Below are positions 33,024-43,400 of a DNA stretch of 64,000 nt, piece after piece. Every line of letters begins with the position of its first letter. Position 1 is the stretch's first letter. The position numbers were made by a program, and so were the translations under genes. The notes beneath the pieces are model-generated. The model was not told the DNA's origin, did not search any database, and saw nothing but the letters and a program-made list of their open reading frames with translations. Origin of the DNA: a bacterium (GTDB lineage Bacteria; Joyebacterota; Joyebacteria; Joyebacterales; Joyebacteraceae). Location: assembly GCA_025774935.1 (NCBI GenBank), contig JALGZK010000008.1, forward strand, positions 17,576-81,575, read 5' to 3'.

Positions 33024-35567
33024 ATGAGAGTGCTCGCGGCGATACTCACGGCGGCCGTGGCGACGGCGCTTCTTCTGCCGGGAACCGCGCAGGCGGACGT
33101 CCTCGGCAACACGTGGCTCCGGGGCGCGAGCTCGGTCGCGCTCAACGACGACGCGACGGCGATCTTCCTGAACCCGGCGGGGCTCGCTCTGTACGGGGAG
33201 ACCAGCGGCTACGGCTCGCTGTCGACGGCCGGCGGCAACAGCGAGGGCGCGGCGTTCGCGTTCAAGGGCGGCGGCTTCGGGTTCGCCTGGAACAGGCAGT
33301 ACATGTGGGAGCCGTACGGCGACTCGGAGAGCAACGGCTACCGTCTGACCGGCAAGATGGTCGACACCTACACGCTCGGGCTCGGGTTCGGAGAGGCCCG
33401 GAAGTGGGGACTCGGGTTCGACTACCGGTGGTTCCGCCAGCGATACGGAGACTACGCGAAGTCGGGCACGTGGGACGTCGGGTTCATGTACCGCCCGTTC
33501 AACGGCCTGTCGCTCGGGTTCGCCGCGAGGAACCTGTCCGAGCCGACGCTCCCGACCAGCATGACCGGTTCCGCCGGGGGCGTCCGCGGCTGCGAGTGCG
33601 AGACGACGACGTCCTACGTCTCAGGCATCGCCATCCGGCCCTTCGGGAACCGCCTCACGATCATGGCCGACATGAGCGTGCCCCGGGACAACGGGTTCGA
33701 CGACGCCGTCTACTCCGGCGGCATCGAGACCGAGATCATGAACGGCCTCGTCCTCAGGGCCTCGGTCCTCGACCACAAGATCGACGGCGAGCGCCAGGAC
33801 GACTGGAGCGTCGGGCTCTGGCTGAACGGTCTGCACTTCGGAGCCGGGTACAACAGCAAGAGCTTCACGGGCGCCACCGATCACATCAGCACCTACGAGG
33901 CGCTCGTCACGGCCGAGCGCATGCGAACCGTCATCAAGCCCACGGGCCAGATCGCGGAGATCAAGATCGCAGGCCAGCTCGCCGACGTCGCTCCTGGATG
34001 GAGTTTCTTCGGTGAGCCGAGGAGCAGCGCTCAGCGCATCGTCAGGAACATCAGGACGGCTGCCAACGAGAGCGGGGTGGAGTGCATCGTCGTCAGGATC
34101 GGGGACGTCGGGCGCCCGTTCCTCGGAGGACCCTCGGGACTCATCCAGGACATCCGCGATGAGCTCGAGTGGGCCCGCGACGTCAAGGGGAAGAAGATCG
34201 TCGCGTACTTCGAGTACTTCGTGGGCACGCAGGAGTACTACCTCGCCACCGTCGCCGATCAGATCGTCCTGAACCCGATCTCGGGACTCGAGGGTATCGG
34301 GAACTACGTGAACGTCCAGCGGTTCACCGAGTCGACCGGGAAGCTCGGGATCGACTGGGACTTCATGTCCGCGGGGAAGTACAAGAGCACCTTCCACTCG
34401 ATAGGGGCGGGTCCGCTGACCGACGAGCAGCGCGAGGAGGTCCAGTCGCTCGTCGACGCGAACTACGCGGTCGTCCTCTCGGGGCTCACCGAGGGACGGG
34501 GCATGAGCCTCACGGAGGCCGCCGGACTGAGCGACGGCCGCATGCTCACCGCGCCACAGGCGCTGGAGGCCGGGCTCGTCGACCGGCTGGGGCACTACGA
34601 GGACGCCAAGACCGCGGCGAGGGAGCTCATAGGCGGGGAGATCCCCGACGATCCCGAGAAGATCGACGTCGTCGACGTCGGGAAGTGGAAGCACAAGACG
34701 TACGACTGGAACTACGGCCCGGTGGTCGCGGTGATCGGCGCCTACGGCAGCATCCACACTGGCAAGGGCGGGACCGATCCGATGTCCGGCGACCAGTCGA
34801 TCGGCTCCCAGACGATGGTCAAGACGCTCCGGCGCGCGCGGAAGGACTCGCGCGTCAAGGCCGTGATCTTCAGGGTCGACAGCGGCGGGGGCGGCGGTCT
34901 CGCGACCGACGAGATCCGACGGGAGACGAAGAAGCTCGCCGAGAAGAAGCCGTTCATCGTCTCCATGGCAGACGTCGCCGGTTCGGGCGGCTACGGAATC
35001 TCCGTCGAGGGCGACAGGATCTTCGCCCAGCCGCCGACGATCACGGGGAGCATCGGCGTCGTCGCGATGAAGCCGATCCTCGAGGAGCTCTACAACAAGA
35101 TCGACGCGACGAGCGAGACCTTCAAGCGCGGCGAGCACTCGGACCAGTGGTCACTCATGCGGGGAATGACGGAGGAAGAGCTCGAGATGGCGCGCGAGGT
35201 CATCGACTGGTTCTACGAGGACTTCCTCAAGAGCGTCGCCGAGGGTCGGGGCATGGAGGTGGACGAGCTTCGCGAGCTCGCGGAGGGCAGGGTCTACACC
35301 GGCACCCAGGCGCTCGAGGTCGGTCTCATCGACGAGCTCGGCGGGCTCTCGGCCGCGATCGACTACGCCTGCGAGACGATCGACGTCGAGAGGGAGAAGG
35401 CGGCGATCGTCTTCTACAGGAAGAAGAGCTCCTTCTGCGACATGATGATGTCTCAGGCAACGAGAACTCTGGGCCTGCACCGCTTTATCAGCATCGACGA
35501 GGGCGGGCTCGAGGACCTCTACCAGCTGGAGATGACGAACGACGTGCTGGACGCTCTGGTGGAGTAG
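33024..35567 (+). CDS. sppA: Signal peptide peptidase SppA (tandem S49 domains) with ~330-aa beta-barrel-like N-terminal extension
   Basis: I trimmed the start to ATG 33024, giving the signal MRVLAAILTAAVATALLLPGTAQA. The C-terminal two-thirds carry two ClpP/S49 modules (SAGKYKS..., GSGGYGIS...). The N-terminal region begins ...ALNDDATAIFLNPAGLA, which resembles FadL/PorV-type barrels. Confidence 0.8.
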   Translation: MRVLAAILTAAVATALLLPGTAQADVLGNTWLRGASSVALNDDATAIFLNPAGLALYGETSGYGSLSTAGGNSEGAAFAFKGGGFGFAWNRQYMWEPYGDSESNGYRLTGKMVDTYTLGLGFGEARKWGLGFDYRWFRQRYGDYAKSGTWDVGFMYRPFNGLSLGFAARNLSEPTLPTSMTGSAGGVRGCECETTTSYVSGIAIRPFGNRLTIMADMSVPRDNGFDDAVYSGGIETEIMNGLVLRASVLDHKIDGERQDDWSVGLWLNGLHFGAGYNSKSFTGATDHISTYEALVTAERMRTVIKPTGQIAEIKIAGQLADVAPGWSFFGEPRSSAQRIVRNIRTAANESGVECIVVRIGDVGRPFLGGPSGLIQDIRDELEWARDVKGKKIVAYFEYFVGTQEYYLATVADQIVLNPISGLEGIGNYVNVQRFTESTGKLGIDWDFMSAGKYKSTFHSIGAGPLTDEQREEVQSLVDANYAVVLSGLTEGRGMSLTEAAGLSDGRMLTAPQALEAGLVDRLGHYEDAKTAARELIGGEIPDDPEKIDVVDVGKWKHKTYDWNYGPVVAVIGAYGSIHTGKGGTDPMSGDQSIGSQTMVKTLRRARKDSRVKAVIFRVDSGGGGGLATDEIRRETKKLAEKKPFIVSMADVAGSGGYGISVEGDRIFAQPPTITGSIGVVAMKPILEELYNKIDATSETFKRGEHSDQWSLMRGMTEEELEMAREVIDWFYEDFLKSVAEGRGMEVDELRELAEGRVYTGTQALEVGLIDELGGLSAAIDYACETIDVEREKAAIVFYRKKSSFCDMMMSQATRTLGLHRFISIDEGGLEDLYQLEMTNDVLDALVE

Positions 35568-35622
35568 ACGGGGCGTTCGATGGGGCGTCCCGCGACGAGT
35601 CGGGCGCGACGTGTGAGACGCG

Positions 35623-35654
35623 AGAGGGCCGTGGCGATGATGCCGCGGCCCTCT
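35623..35654. terminator. Bidirectional hairpin between convergent sppA and the beta-helix gene
   Basis: A 13-bp stem AGAGGGCCGTGGC / GCCGCGGCCCTCT with one mismatch and loop GATGAT, followed by TT. Confidence 0.45.
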
Positions 35655-35708
35655 TCATGTGTCGTGCGACTGTCGCCGGCAAGCGAGCCCGACCTCGAGC
35701 ACCGTCGG

Positions 35709-36974
35709 TTACCGGTACATGGACTTGATCACTCCCCACGAGGAGTCCGTCGCGATCCAGGTCGTGGCGCAGCCGAAGCCGCGCGCACCGATAAGCTCGC
35801 CCCATATGTTGTTCTCGGGGAGGCACTGCGACGCGCCGTCTACAGTCACGTCCCCCATCGGGAGGCTGCAGAACATCGGGTCGACGAAGAGATTGTCGTA
35901 GTAGACACCGCACAGATCATCGCCGCCGGCGTTTCCGAAGATGTCCGAGCGCGTGATCGTCGGGATTCCAGCAGAAGCGGCGCAGTGGACTCCCTTCCCT
36001 TCGGTGCTGAAGGCGACGATCGTGTTCGTGATCTCGGCGCTCCCCGACGGCCCGCGGATGAAGAGGCCGCCTCCGAGCAGAGCGGCGTTCCTCACGAACG
36101 TGCAGTTCTGGAACACCGCCGGGGTCCCGTTGTCGCACCCGCCTCCCGCGTGATCCGCCGTGTTCCCGAAGAACGTGCAGTGCGAGAACGTAGGCGAGGC
36201 GCCGACGTCGGTGCTGACGCCGCCGCCCAGCTCCGTCGCGTGGTTCCTCAGGAAGAGCGTGCTCTCGAGCTCAGCGGCGCCACCATCGAAGAGGATACCG
36301 GCGCCCATCTCGGCGGTGTTGTCATCGAACACGCAGTCGGTGAGCGTCGGGTCGCAGCCGGTCCCGGAGATCATCCCGCCACCGTAGTAGCTCTCGTTCC
36401 CGAAGAAGATGACCCGCGTCAGTTCCGGGGACGAGTCGTAGGCGACGCGGAGGCCGCCGCCCAGGTACTCAGACCAGCAGTTGGTGATGACGCAGTCCTC
36501 GAAAACCGGGAACGAAGAATCTACGATGTTGACACCTCCCCCGGCGTGCGCCTCGCACGAGGAGATGCGGCAGTTCCTGACCGTCGGGGACGACCCGATG
36601 CACGTGATGCCTCCCCCTTCCGATCTGAACCCGTTCACGATGTCGAAGCCGTCTGCGACCGTGCCCGGCCCCTCGCCGTTCGAGAAGTCGAAGCCTCGCC
36701 CGGAGATCTCGCAGTCGATGACGACGGCACCGCCTTCGGACATGGCCCGGAGGAGGAGCTCCTTTCCCCCGAATGTGAGGTTGCGGTTCTCGCCGCCTGT
36801 GTAGGTGCCCGGCGCTACGAGGATGGTGTCCCCCGGCGCCGCGGCATCGAGCCCGGCCTGAATGGTGAGGTAGTCGCCCCCGCCCGACCAGTCGACGGTG
36901 TGCGTCGTCGCGGGCGAGGTGGCGGGAAGCGCAAGACAGAAGGCGCCGAGGAGCACAGCGGTAGCGGCTCGCAT
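35709..36974 (-). CDS. Secreted right-handed parallel beta-helix repeat protein
   Basis: I trimmed the start to ATG 36974 (SD GGGAGGGAGG) with a signal peptide. It has repeated ~22-aa units of the form GGG...C...F..N.A..GGG. The C-terminal motif is SSWGVIKSMYR. Confidence 0.8.
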   Translation of the reverse strand: MRAATAVLLGAFCLALPATSPATTHTVDWSGGGDYLTIQAGLDAAAPGDTILVAPGTYTGGENRNLTFGGKELLLRAMSEGGAVVIDCEISGRGFDFSNGEGPGTVADGFDIVNGFRSEGGGITCIGSSPTVRNCRISSCEAHAGGGVNIVDSSFPVFEDCVITNCWSEYLGGGLRVAYDSSPELTRVIFFGNESYYGGGMISGTGCDPTLTDCVFDDNTAEMGAGILFDGGAAELESTLFLRNHATELGGGVSTDVGASPTFSHCTFFGNTADHAGGGCDNGTPAVFQNCTFVRNAALLGGGLFIRGPSGSAEITNTIVAFSTEGKGVHCAASAGIPTITRSDIFGNAGGDDLCGVYYDNLFVDPMFCSLPMGDVTVDGASQCLPENNIWGELIGARGFGCATTWIATDSSWGVIKSMYR

Positions 36975-37171
36975 AGTGCCTCCCTCCCGCGGACACGGCA
37001 TCCCGCCGTCCGCCGCGGCTGCGCCGAGAGACGGGTGTCGGCGGAGTTTCTGACCGCAGTTCATTGTACTCCCTGTGGCGGTCATTCGTCAAGAAGGGAG
37101 AGCCGAGATCGGGCTCTGATCCCTCCTGCGGCCCTCCTGATACCGGAGGAGAGCCGCCTCCCGGCCGCCGC

Positions 37172-37200
37172 TTGACTTGCCGCACACGCGCGCCTATCCT
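37172..37200 (+). promoter_or_regulatory. Candidate sigma-70 promoter for the hdr supercluster (TTGACT-17-TATCCT)
   Basis: TTGACT at 37172-37177, a 17-nt spacer, then TATCCT at 37195-37200. It would give a ~370-nt leader. Confidence 0.35.
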
Positions 37201-37580
37201 GTAGTCTACGGAAGGTAGCTGTCCTTCCTCAGGGGTGTTGCGCGCCTCCCGAAGCCACGCGCGCCTGCACGTTGAGCAGAAACCGGAGCTCCCCGCCGCT
37301 CTCGCCCCGACCAAGCCAGAGACACGGAAGTGCAGATGGGACCGTCGTTCCCGGAAGGTGAGCGGCGGCGCCCTTGCGTATTTCCCGTTCGGCGTCTCAC
37401 GACGGATCCACTCACAGCCGGCATCCTGTCGGCACGACCCCGACCGCAGCGTGACCGACTCACGAGCGGGCAGAGCGTCGTGTCGAGACGTTCTGTTCCG
37501 GGCGGACCCCACTTCCGCGGCAACCGCCGCCCCGCGGGAGCATCTTAAGGCATCGGAAGGACCCGCTCACCGGAGACCTC

Positions 37581-38513
37581 ATGGAGACCGACAGCCCTCA
37601 TCCCGATCCGTATGTCCCCGAGAGGAACGAACCGCTCGTCGCGGGCGTGAGCAACAAGATCGGCTCCGTCCTCGTCGTCGGCTCCGGCATCTCCGGCATG
37701 CAGGCGGCGCTGGATCTCGCCGATGGCGGCTACTACGTCTACCTTCTCGACAGCGAGCCCGCGATCGGCGGCCTCATGTCGAAGCTCGACAAGACCTTCC
37801 CCACCAACGACTGCGCGATGTGCGTCATGAGCCCCAAGCTCGTGGACTGCGGTCGCCACCTCAACATCGAGCTCGTCACCTACGCTGATGTGAAGAACAT
37901 CGACGGCGTTCCCGGCAACTACAACGTCGAGATCGTCCGGAAGGCGAAGTCGGTCGACGAGGAGAAGTGCACCGGGTGCGGTGACTGCGTGACGGGCTGC
38001 CCGTCGCGGTACGTGGTCCGTCCCCCCGCCGAGGGCGCCCTCTACGAGCCGGAGACCACGGCGGACGAGAGAGATTTCATCGACCGGCTCCTCCGTGAGG
38101 AGGAGGACGTCGAGGGCAACCTCCTCTCGGTCCTCCAGGACGTGAGCGAGTACTCCCGCTACCTTCCCGAGCACGTCCTCAAGTACCTCTCGGACAAGAC
38201 CGGGATCCCCCTGGCGAGGATGATCTCGGTCGCGACGTTCTACGACGCGTTCTCGCTGGAGCCCAGGGGCGAGCACACGATCTCGGTCTGCATGGGAACC
38301 GCATGTCACGTGAAGGGCTCGGGCCTCCTCCAGTCGAGGCTCGAGGACATCCTCCAGATCCAGAGCGGCGAGACCACGGCCGATGGCAAGTTCACACTCC
38401 AGACCGTGAGGTGCATCGGCTGCTGCGCTCTCGCGCCGGCCGTCCGCATCGACGAAGAGACCTTCGGGTTCGTGATGGTGCGCGGGCTCGAGAAGATACT
38501 CAACAGGTTCTAG
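37581..38513 (+). CDS. Fusion protein: HdrA N-terminal FAD-binding fragment + NuoE-like thioredoxin-fold [2Fe-2S] domain
   Basis: Residues ~27-150 align by eye to HdrA (49354) residues ~143-265: VLVVGSGISGMQAALDLA..., TFPTNDCAMCVMSPK and CTGCGDCVTGCP. The C-terminal half has the NuoE/HoxE pattern (VCMGTACHVKG...CIGCCALAP). Confidence 0.85.
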   Translation: METDSPHPDPYVPERNEPLVAGVSNKIGSVLVVGSGISGMQAALDLADGGYYVYLLDSEPAIGGLMSKLDKTFPTNDCAMCVMSPKLVDCGRHLNIELVTYADVKNIDGVPGNYNVEIVRKAKSVDEEKCTGCGDCVTGCPSRYVVRPPAEGALYEPETTADERDFIDRLLREEEDVEGNLLSVLQDVSEYSRYLPEHVLKYLSDKTGIPLARMISVATFYDAFSLEPRGEHTISVCMGTACHVKGSGLLQSRLEDILQIQSGETTADGKFTLQTVRCIGCCALAPAVRIDEETFGFVMVRGLEKILNRF

Positions 38514-38516
38514 CGC

Positions 38517-40424
38517 ATGGCACGCATCAACACACAGGCGGAGTTCGAGCGCGTCGCGAGGGAGGCCGCGGAGCGGTACTGGGGCCGAGGGCTCACGATC
38601 CGGATCGGCATGGCCTCGTGCGGGCTCGCGGCGGGGGCGGGCGCCCTCTACGACGTTGCCGCCGAGCGCGTGAAGGCGAACGGGAACGGTCTCGCCCTGA
38701 CGAGGCTGGGATGCCGGGGAAGCTGCGTCACCGAGCCGATGGTCGACGTGGTCTCCCCGGACTTCCACCTGACCTTCGGGAACGTCACGAAGGCTGGGCT
38801 CGAGGCCATCATGGACGCCGCGGTGGCCGACGACTTCAGTTCGTTCGAGGACGCGGACGCCGTCTGGCAGGAGCGCGAGGAGCTCCGAACCGACGGGACG
38901 GTCTACCGCACCCGGCGAGGCACGCCGTCGCGAATCCCGGACATATCGGAAGTCCCTTTCTACACGCCTCAGCGGAAGATCATCACTCGGAACTGCGGCC
39001 TCATCGACCCCTTCAGCATCGAAGAGGCCCTGGCGAGGGACGGCTACGCCGCGCTCGTCAAGGTGCTCACGGAGAACGACCCGGCGGGTGTCATCAAGAC
39101 CGTGACCGACTCGGGCCTCAGGGGACGAGGCGGCGCCGGGTTCCCGACGGGCCGGAAGTGGGCGTTCGCGAGAGAGGCGGCCGGGGACGAGAAATACGTC
39201 TTCGTGAACGCGGACGAGGGCGACCCCGGTGCGTTCATGGACCGGTCGGTCCTCGAGAGCGATCCCCACGCCGTCCTCGAGGGCCTGGCCATCGGCGCGT
39301 TCGCCGTCGGGGCCTCCAAGGGCATCATCTACGTCAGGGCCGAGTACCCGCTCGCGGTGCAGACCCTGAGGAACGCGATCGTCCAGGCCCGCGAGTACGG
39401 GTTCCTGGGAGAGAACATCCTCGGCTCGGACTTCAGCTTCGACGTCTCGCTCCGCATCGGAGCGGGCGCGTTCGTCTGCGGCGAGGAGACCGCGCTCATC
39501 GCCTCCGCCGAGGGCAGGGTCGGAGAGCCGAGGCCGCGTCCCCCCTACCCCGCGCAGTGCGGGTACAAGGGAGCGCCGACGGTCATCAACAACGTGAAGA
39601 CCTGGTCGGCCGTCGCTCCGATCATCCTGAACGGGGCGGAGTGGTTCGCCGAGGTCGGCTCGGAGAACAGCAAGGGCACGGCTGTCTTCTGCGTCACGGG
39701 CACGATCAAGAACACGGGGCTGGTCGAGGTCCCGATGGGCATGAGCCTGAACGACATCATCCACGACATCGGAGGAGGACCCGAGCGCGAGGGGGCCGAG
39801 CTCAAGGCCGTGCAGACCGGCGGGCCGTCCGGCGGCTGCCTGCCGAAGGAACAGTTCGACCTCAGGGTCGACTACGAGCAGCTCACCGAGGCCGGGTCGA
39901 TGATGGGCTCGGGCGGGATGATCGTCGTCGACGACAGAACGTGCATGGTCAACCTCGCGAAGTTCTTCCTGAACTTCACGATGGACGAGTCGTGCGGGAA
40001 GTGCACGCCGTGTCGGGAGGGAACGCGGAGGATGTACGACCTCCTTGAGAAGATCACGTCGGGGAAAGGCACGGAGGAGGACGTCAGGCTCCTCGAGGAG
40101 CTCGCGGTCTACGTGAAGGACACGTCGCTCTGCGGTCTCGGGGCGACGGCGCCCAACCCCGTGCTCTCGACGCTGAGGTACTTCCAAGACGAGTACGACG
40201 CGCACATCAAGGAGCACCGGTGCCCCGCCGGGGAGTGCGAGGCCCTGATCAGCTTCCACGTGGTCCCCGACAAGTGCACGGTCTGCGGGGCGTGCGCGAA
40301 GGTCTGTCCGGTGAACGCGGTCCTCGAGGCCGGCGAGGCTCCCCCGACGATCGAGCAGGACGCGTGCACCAGGTGCCGCACGTGCTTCGAGGTGTGTCCT
40401 TCGGACGCCATCCGAATCGACTAG
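38517..40424 (+). CDS. NuoF-like NAD(P)H-binding flavoprotein with N-terminal thioredoxin-like domain and C-terminal 2x[4Fe-4S] ferredoxin domain
   Basis: It has the GLRGRGGAGFPTGRKW and ADEGDPGAF motifs, the N3 cluster motif ESCGKCTPCREG, and C-terminal CTVCGACAKVCP / CTRCRTCFEVCP. The architecture resembles the beta subunits of bifurcating hydrogenases and formate dehydrogenases. Confidence 0.9.
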   Translation: MARINTQAEFERVAREAAERYWGRGLTIRIGMASCGLAAGAGALYDVAAERVKANGNGLALTRLGCRGSCVTEPMVDVVSPDFHLTFGNVTKAGLEAIMDAAVADDFSSFEDADAVWQEREELRTDGTVYRTRRGTPSRIPDISEVPFYTPQRKIITRNCGLIDPFSIEEALARDGYAALVKVLTENDPAGVIKTVTDSGLRGRGGAGFPTGRKWAFAREAAGDEKYVFVNADEGDPGAFMDRSVLESDPHAVLEGLAIGAFAVGASKGIIYVRAEYPLAVQTLRNAIVQAREYGFLGENILGSDFSFDVSLRIGAGAFVCGEETALIASAEGRVGEPRPRPPYPAQCGYKGAPTVINNVKTWSAVAPIILNGAEWFAEVGSENSKGTAVFCVTGTIKNTGLVEVPMGMSLNDIIHDIGGGPEREGAELKAVQTGGPSGGCLPKEQFDLRVDYEQLTEAGSMMGSGGMIVVDDRTCMVNLAKFFLNFTMDESCGKCTPCREGTRRMYDLLEKITSGKGTEEDVRLLEELAVYVKDTSLCGLGATAPNPVLSTLRYFQDEYDAHIKEHRCPAGECEALISFHVVPDKCTVCGACAKVCPVNAVLEAGEAPPTIEQDACTRCRTCFEVCPSDAIRID

Positions 40425-40442
40425 CAGGAGCGACCGAGCGAC

Positions 40443-43400
40443 GTGAAGGAACACGAAGAAACCAGATGCTCAGAGCATGACGTGTGCGTGAACGCGGTGC
40501 GGATCACGCTCGACGGCGTGCCCATGGAGGTGGAGCTCGGGACGACGATCCTCGCGGCGGCCACGTCGGCCGGCGTGACGATCCCCACGCTCTGCCACTA
40601 CGGCGGGCTCGAGCCGGCGGGCGCCTGCCGCATCTGCGTCGTGGAGCTCAAGACCGAGCGGGGCAGCAGGCTCGTGCCGGCGTGCCACTACGCCATCGAG
40701 GCCCCCGCCGACATCTCCACGAGCTCTGAGCGCGTCGTCTCGTCGAGGAAGATGACGATCGAGCTCCTCCTCGCCCGCTGCCCGGAAGTGCCGGCACTCC
40801 AGGAGCTCGCCGCGGAGTACGGCGTCGAGACCACGCGCCTCCCGTCGGACGACGACGACTGCATTCTCTGCGGGCTCTGCGTGCGGACCTGCCGCGACCT
40901 CATGGACACCGAGGCGCTCTCGATGGTCGGGCGCGGGCACGGCCGCCGGGTCGCCCCGCCGTACGACAAGAAGTCGCTCGTCTGCATGAGCTGCGGCGCC
41001 TGCGCGTTCGTCTGTCCGACGAACAAGATCAAGATCGCCGATCTGTACGCCGGCAGGACCAGCGAGAACCTCTCGACCTACGACGAGAGGCTCGTTCCCG
41101 TCGGGAACATCCGCCTGAACTACTCGCAGCAGATCCCGAAGGTCCCGGTGATCGACCGCGAGAACTGCGTCCACTTCGTGACAGGCGCGTGCGGCGCGTG
41201 CGAGAAGATCTGCAACGTCGGCGCGATCGACTACGACCAGGAGGACCGCGAGGAGACCCTGAACGTCGGCGCGGTAATCGTGACGCCGGGGTACGACTCG
41301 TACGACGCGTCCCAGAAGGGCGCGCTCGGCTACGGGCGCTACGAGAACGTCCTCACGAACCTCCAGTTCGAGCGGATCCTGAGCGCATCGGGTCCGTGCG
41401 AGGGCGAGATCCGGCGCCCCTCGGACGGCGCGCATCCGAGGAAGGTCGCGTTCCTCCAGTGCGTCGGCTCGCGCGACACGAACGAGGAAGGGAAGCCGTA
41501 CTGCTCGTCGATCTGCTGCATGGCCTCCATCAAGGAGGCGGTCATCGCGCGCGAGCACGACTCGAACGTCGAGCCCACCATCTTCTACATAGACATGCGA
41601 ACGCAGGGCAAGGAGTTCGAGCGGTACTTCGAGGGCGCCAGGAACGACCACGGCATCGTCTTCAAGAGGAGCAGCGTAGCGAAGCTCTACGAGAAGCCGG
41701 CCACGAAGAACCTCGTGGTCCGGCACGTGGACGAGGAGACCGGCGAGATCGCTGAGGAGGAGTTCGACCTCGTCGTCCTCGCCGCTGGCCTCGTCGCGCA
41801 CGAGAGCAACGCCGGTCTCGCCGAGAGCCTCAACATCACGCTCAACGAGCACGGGTTCTGCGAGGGACACACGTACCAGGTGCCGGGAAGCGGTGGTGGG
41901 AACGGCGGTGGGAACGGCGACGGGACGGCCGGGCAGGGCGCCGGGGCGACCGCCGGGTCGGCCGCCGGCATCTTCACGGGCGGCGCCTTCACCGAGCCCC
42001 GATACATCCCGGAGGCCGTCGTCGAGGGGAGCTGCGCCGCCTCGGGCGCCGCGAGGCTACTCGCGGAGGCGCGCGGGACGCTCGCCAGGAAGAAGAAGTA
42101 CCCGAAGCAGCTCGACGTCGCGAAGGCCGTGCCGCGCATCGGCGTGTTCATCTGCCGCTGCGGGATCAACATCGCGGGAACGGTCAACGTCCCGGACGTG
42201 GTCGCCTACTCCGCGACCCTCGGGAACGTCGTCCACGCGTCCGAGTTCGTCTACTCGTGCTCGCAGGACTCGCTCGAGGTCATCAAGGAGACCGTCGCCG
42301 AGCACAAGCTGAACCGCGTGGTGGTCGCGTCGTGCACGCCGAGGACTCACGAGTACCTCTTCGCCGACACCATCCGCGAAGCGGGTCTCAACCGCTACTA
42401 CTTCGAGCTCGCTTCGATCCGGGAACACTGCTCCTGGGTCCACATGCAGGAGCCCGAGCTGGCGACGCAGAAGGCGAAGGAACTCGTGGAGATGATGGTG
42501 AGCAAGGTCCGGGGCGCGCGCCCCGTGAGCCTCGAATACTCGCCGGTCGTCCACCGCGGGCTCGTCATCGGGGGCGGCGTGAGCGGGATGAACGCCGCGC
42601 TGAGCCTCGCCGAGCAGGGCTACGAGGTCGACCTCGTCGAGAAGGAAGGGAAGCTCGGAGGTAACTACCTCAAGCACCGACGCCCGGTCTGGAACCTCTA
42701 CTCCCCGACATACCTCGAGGACCTCGAGGCCGCCGTGCGGGCCAACTCGAACGTCACGCTCCACCTGAACTCGGAGGTGATCCTCTTCTCCGGGGTCGTC
42801 GGGAACTTCTACGCCGAGGTCTGCAACCGCGAGACGGGAGAGGAGCACGAGATTAGCTGCGGCGCGGCCGTCGTCGCGACCGGCGCCGTCGAACGCGAGC
42901 CCGTGGAGTACGGATACGGCACCGACGAGCGGATCATGACGCAGCTCGAGTTCGAGAGCCTGCTGGGCGGCGAGGACGAGCCCGCGCCGGACATCAAGAG
43001 CGTCGCCATGATCCAGTGCGTCGGCTCCCGCGAGGAACCGAACCTCTACTGCAGCAGGATCTGCTGCACGCAGGCCATCCAGAACGCGATGGAGCTCAAG
43101 CGGAGGAACCCCGACGCCACCGTCCACATCATCTACCGCGACATCAGGACGTACGGGGTCCGCGAGGAGCTCTACCGCGAAGCCAGGGAGGCAGGCGTCC
43201 TCTTTCTGCGGTACGACGTCGACCGGAAGCCGGAGGTGACGACAGGCCCGGACGGTCTCAAGCTCAAGGTCTACGACCGGATATCCCGGCGCGAGGTCGA
43301 GCTCGGCCCGGACGCGGTCGTCCTCTCCACCGGCCTCGCCCCGAGACCCGACAGCGAGGAGCTCAGCAAGGTCCTCCGCGTACCGCTCACGCGGGACGGG

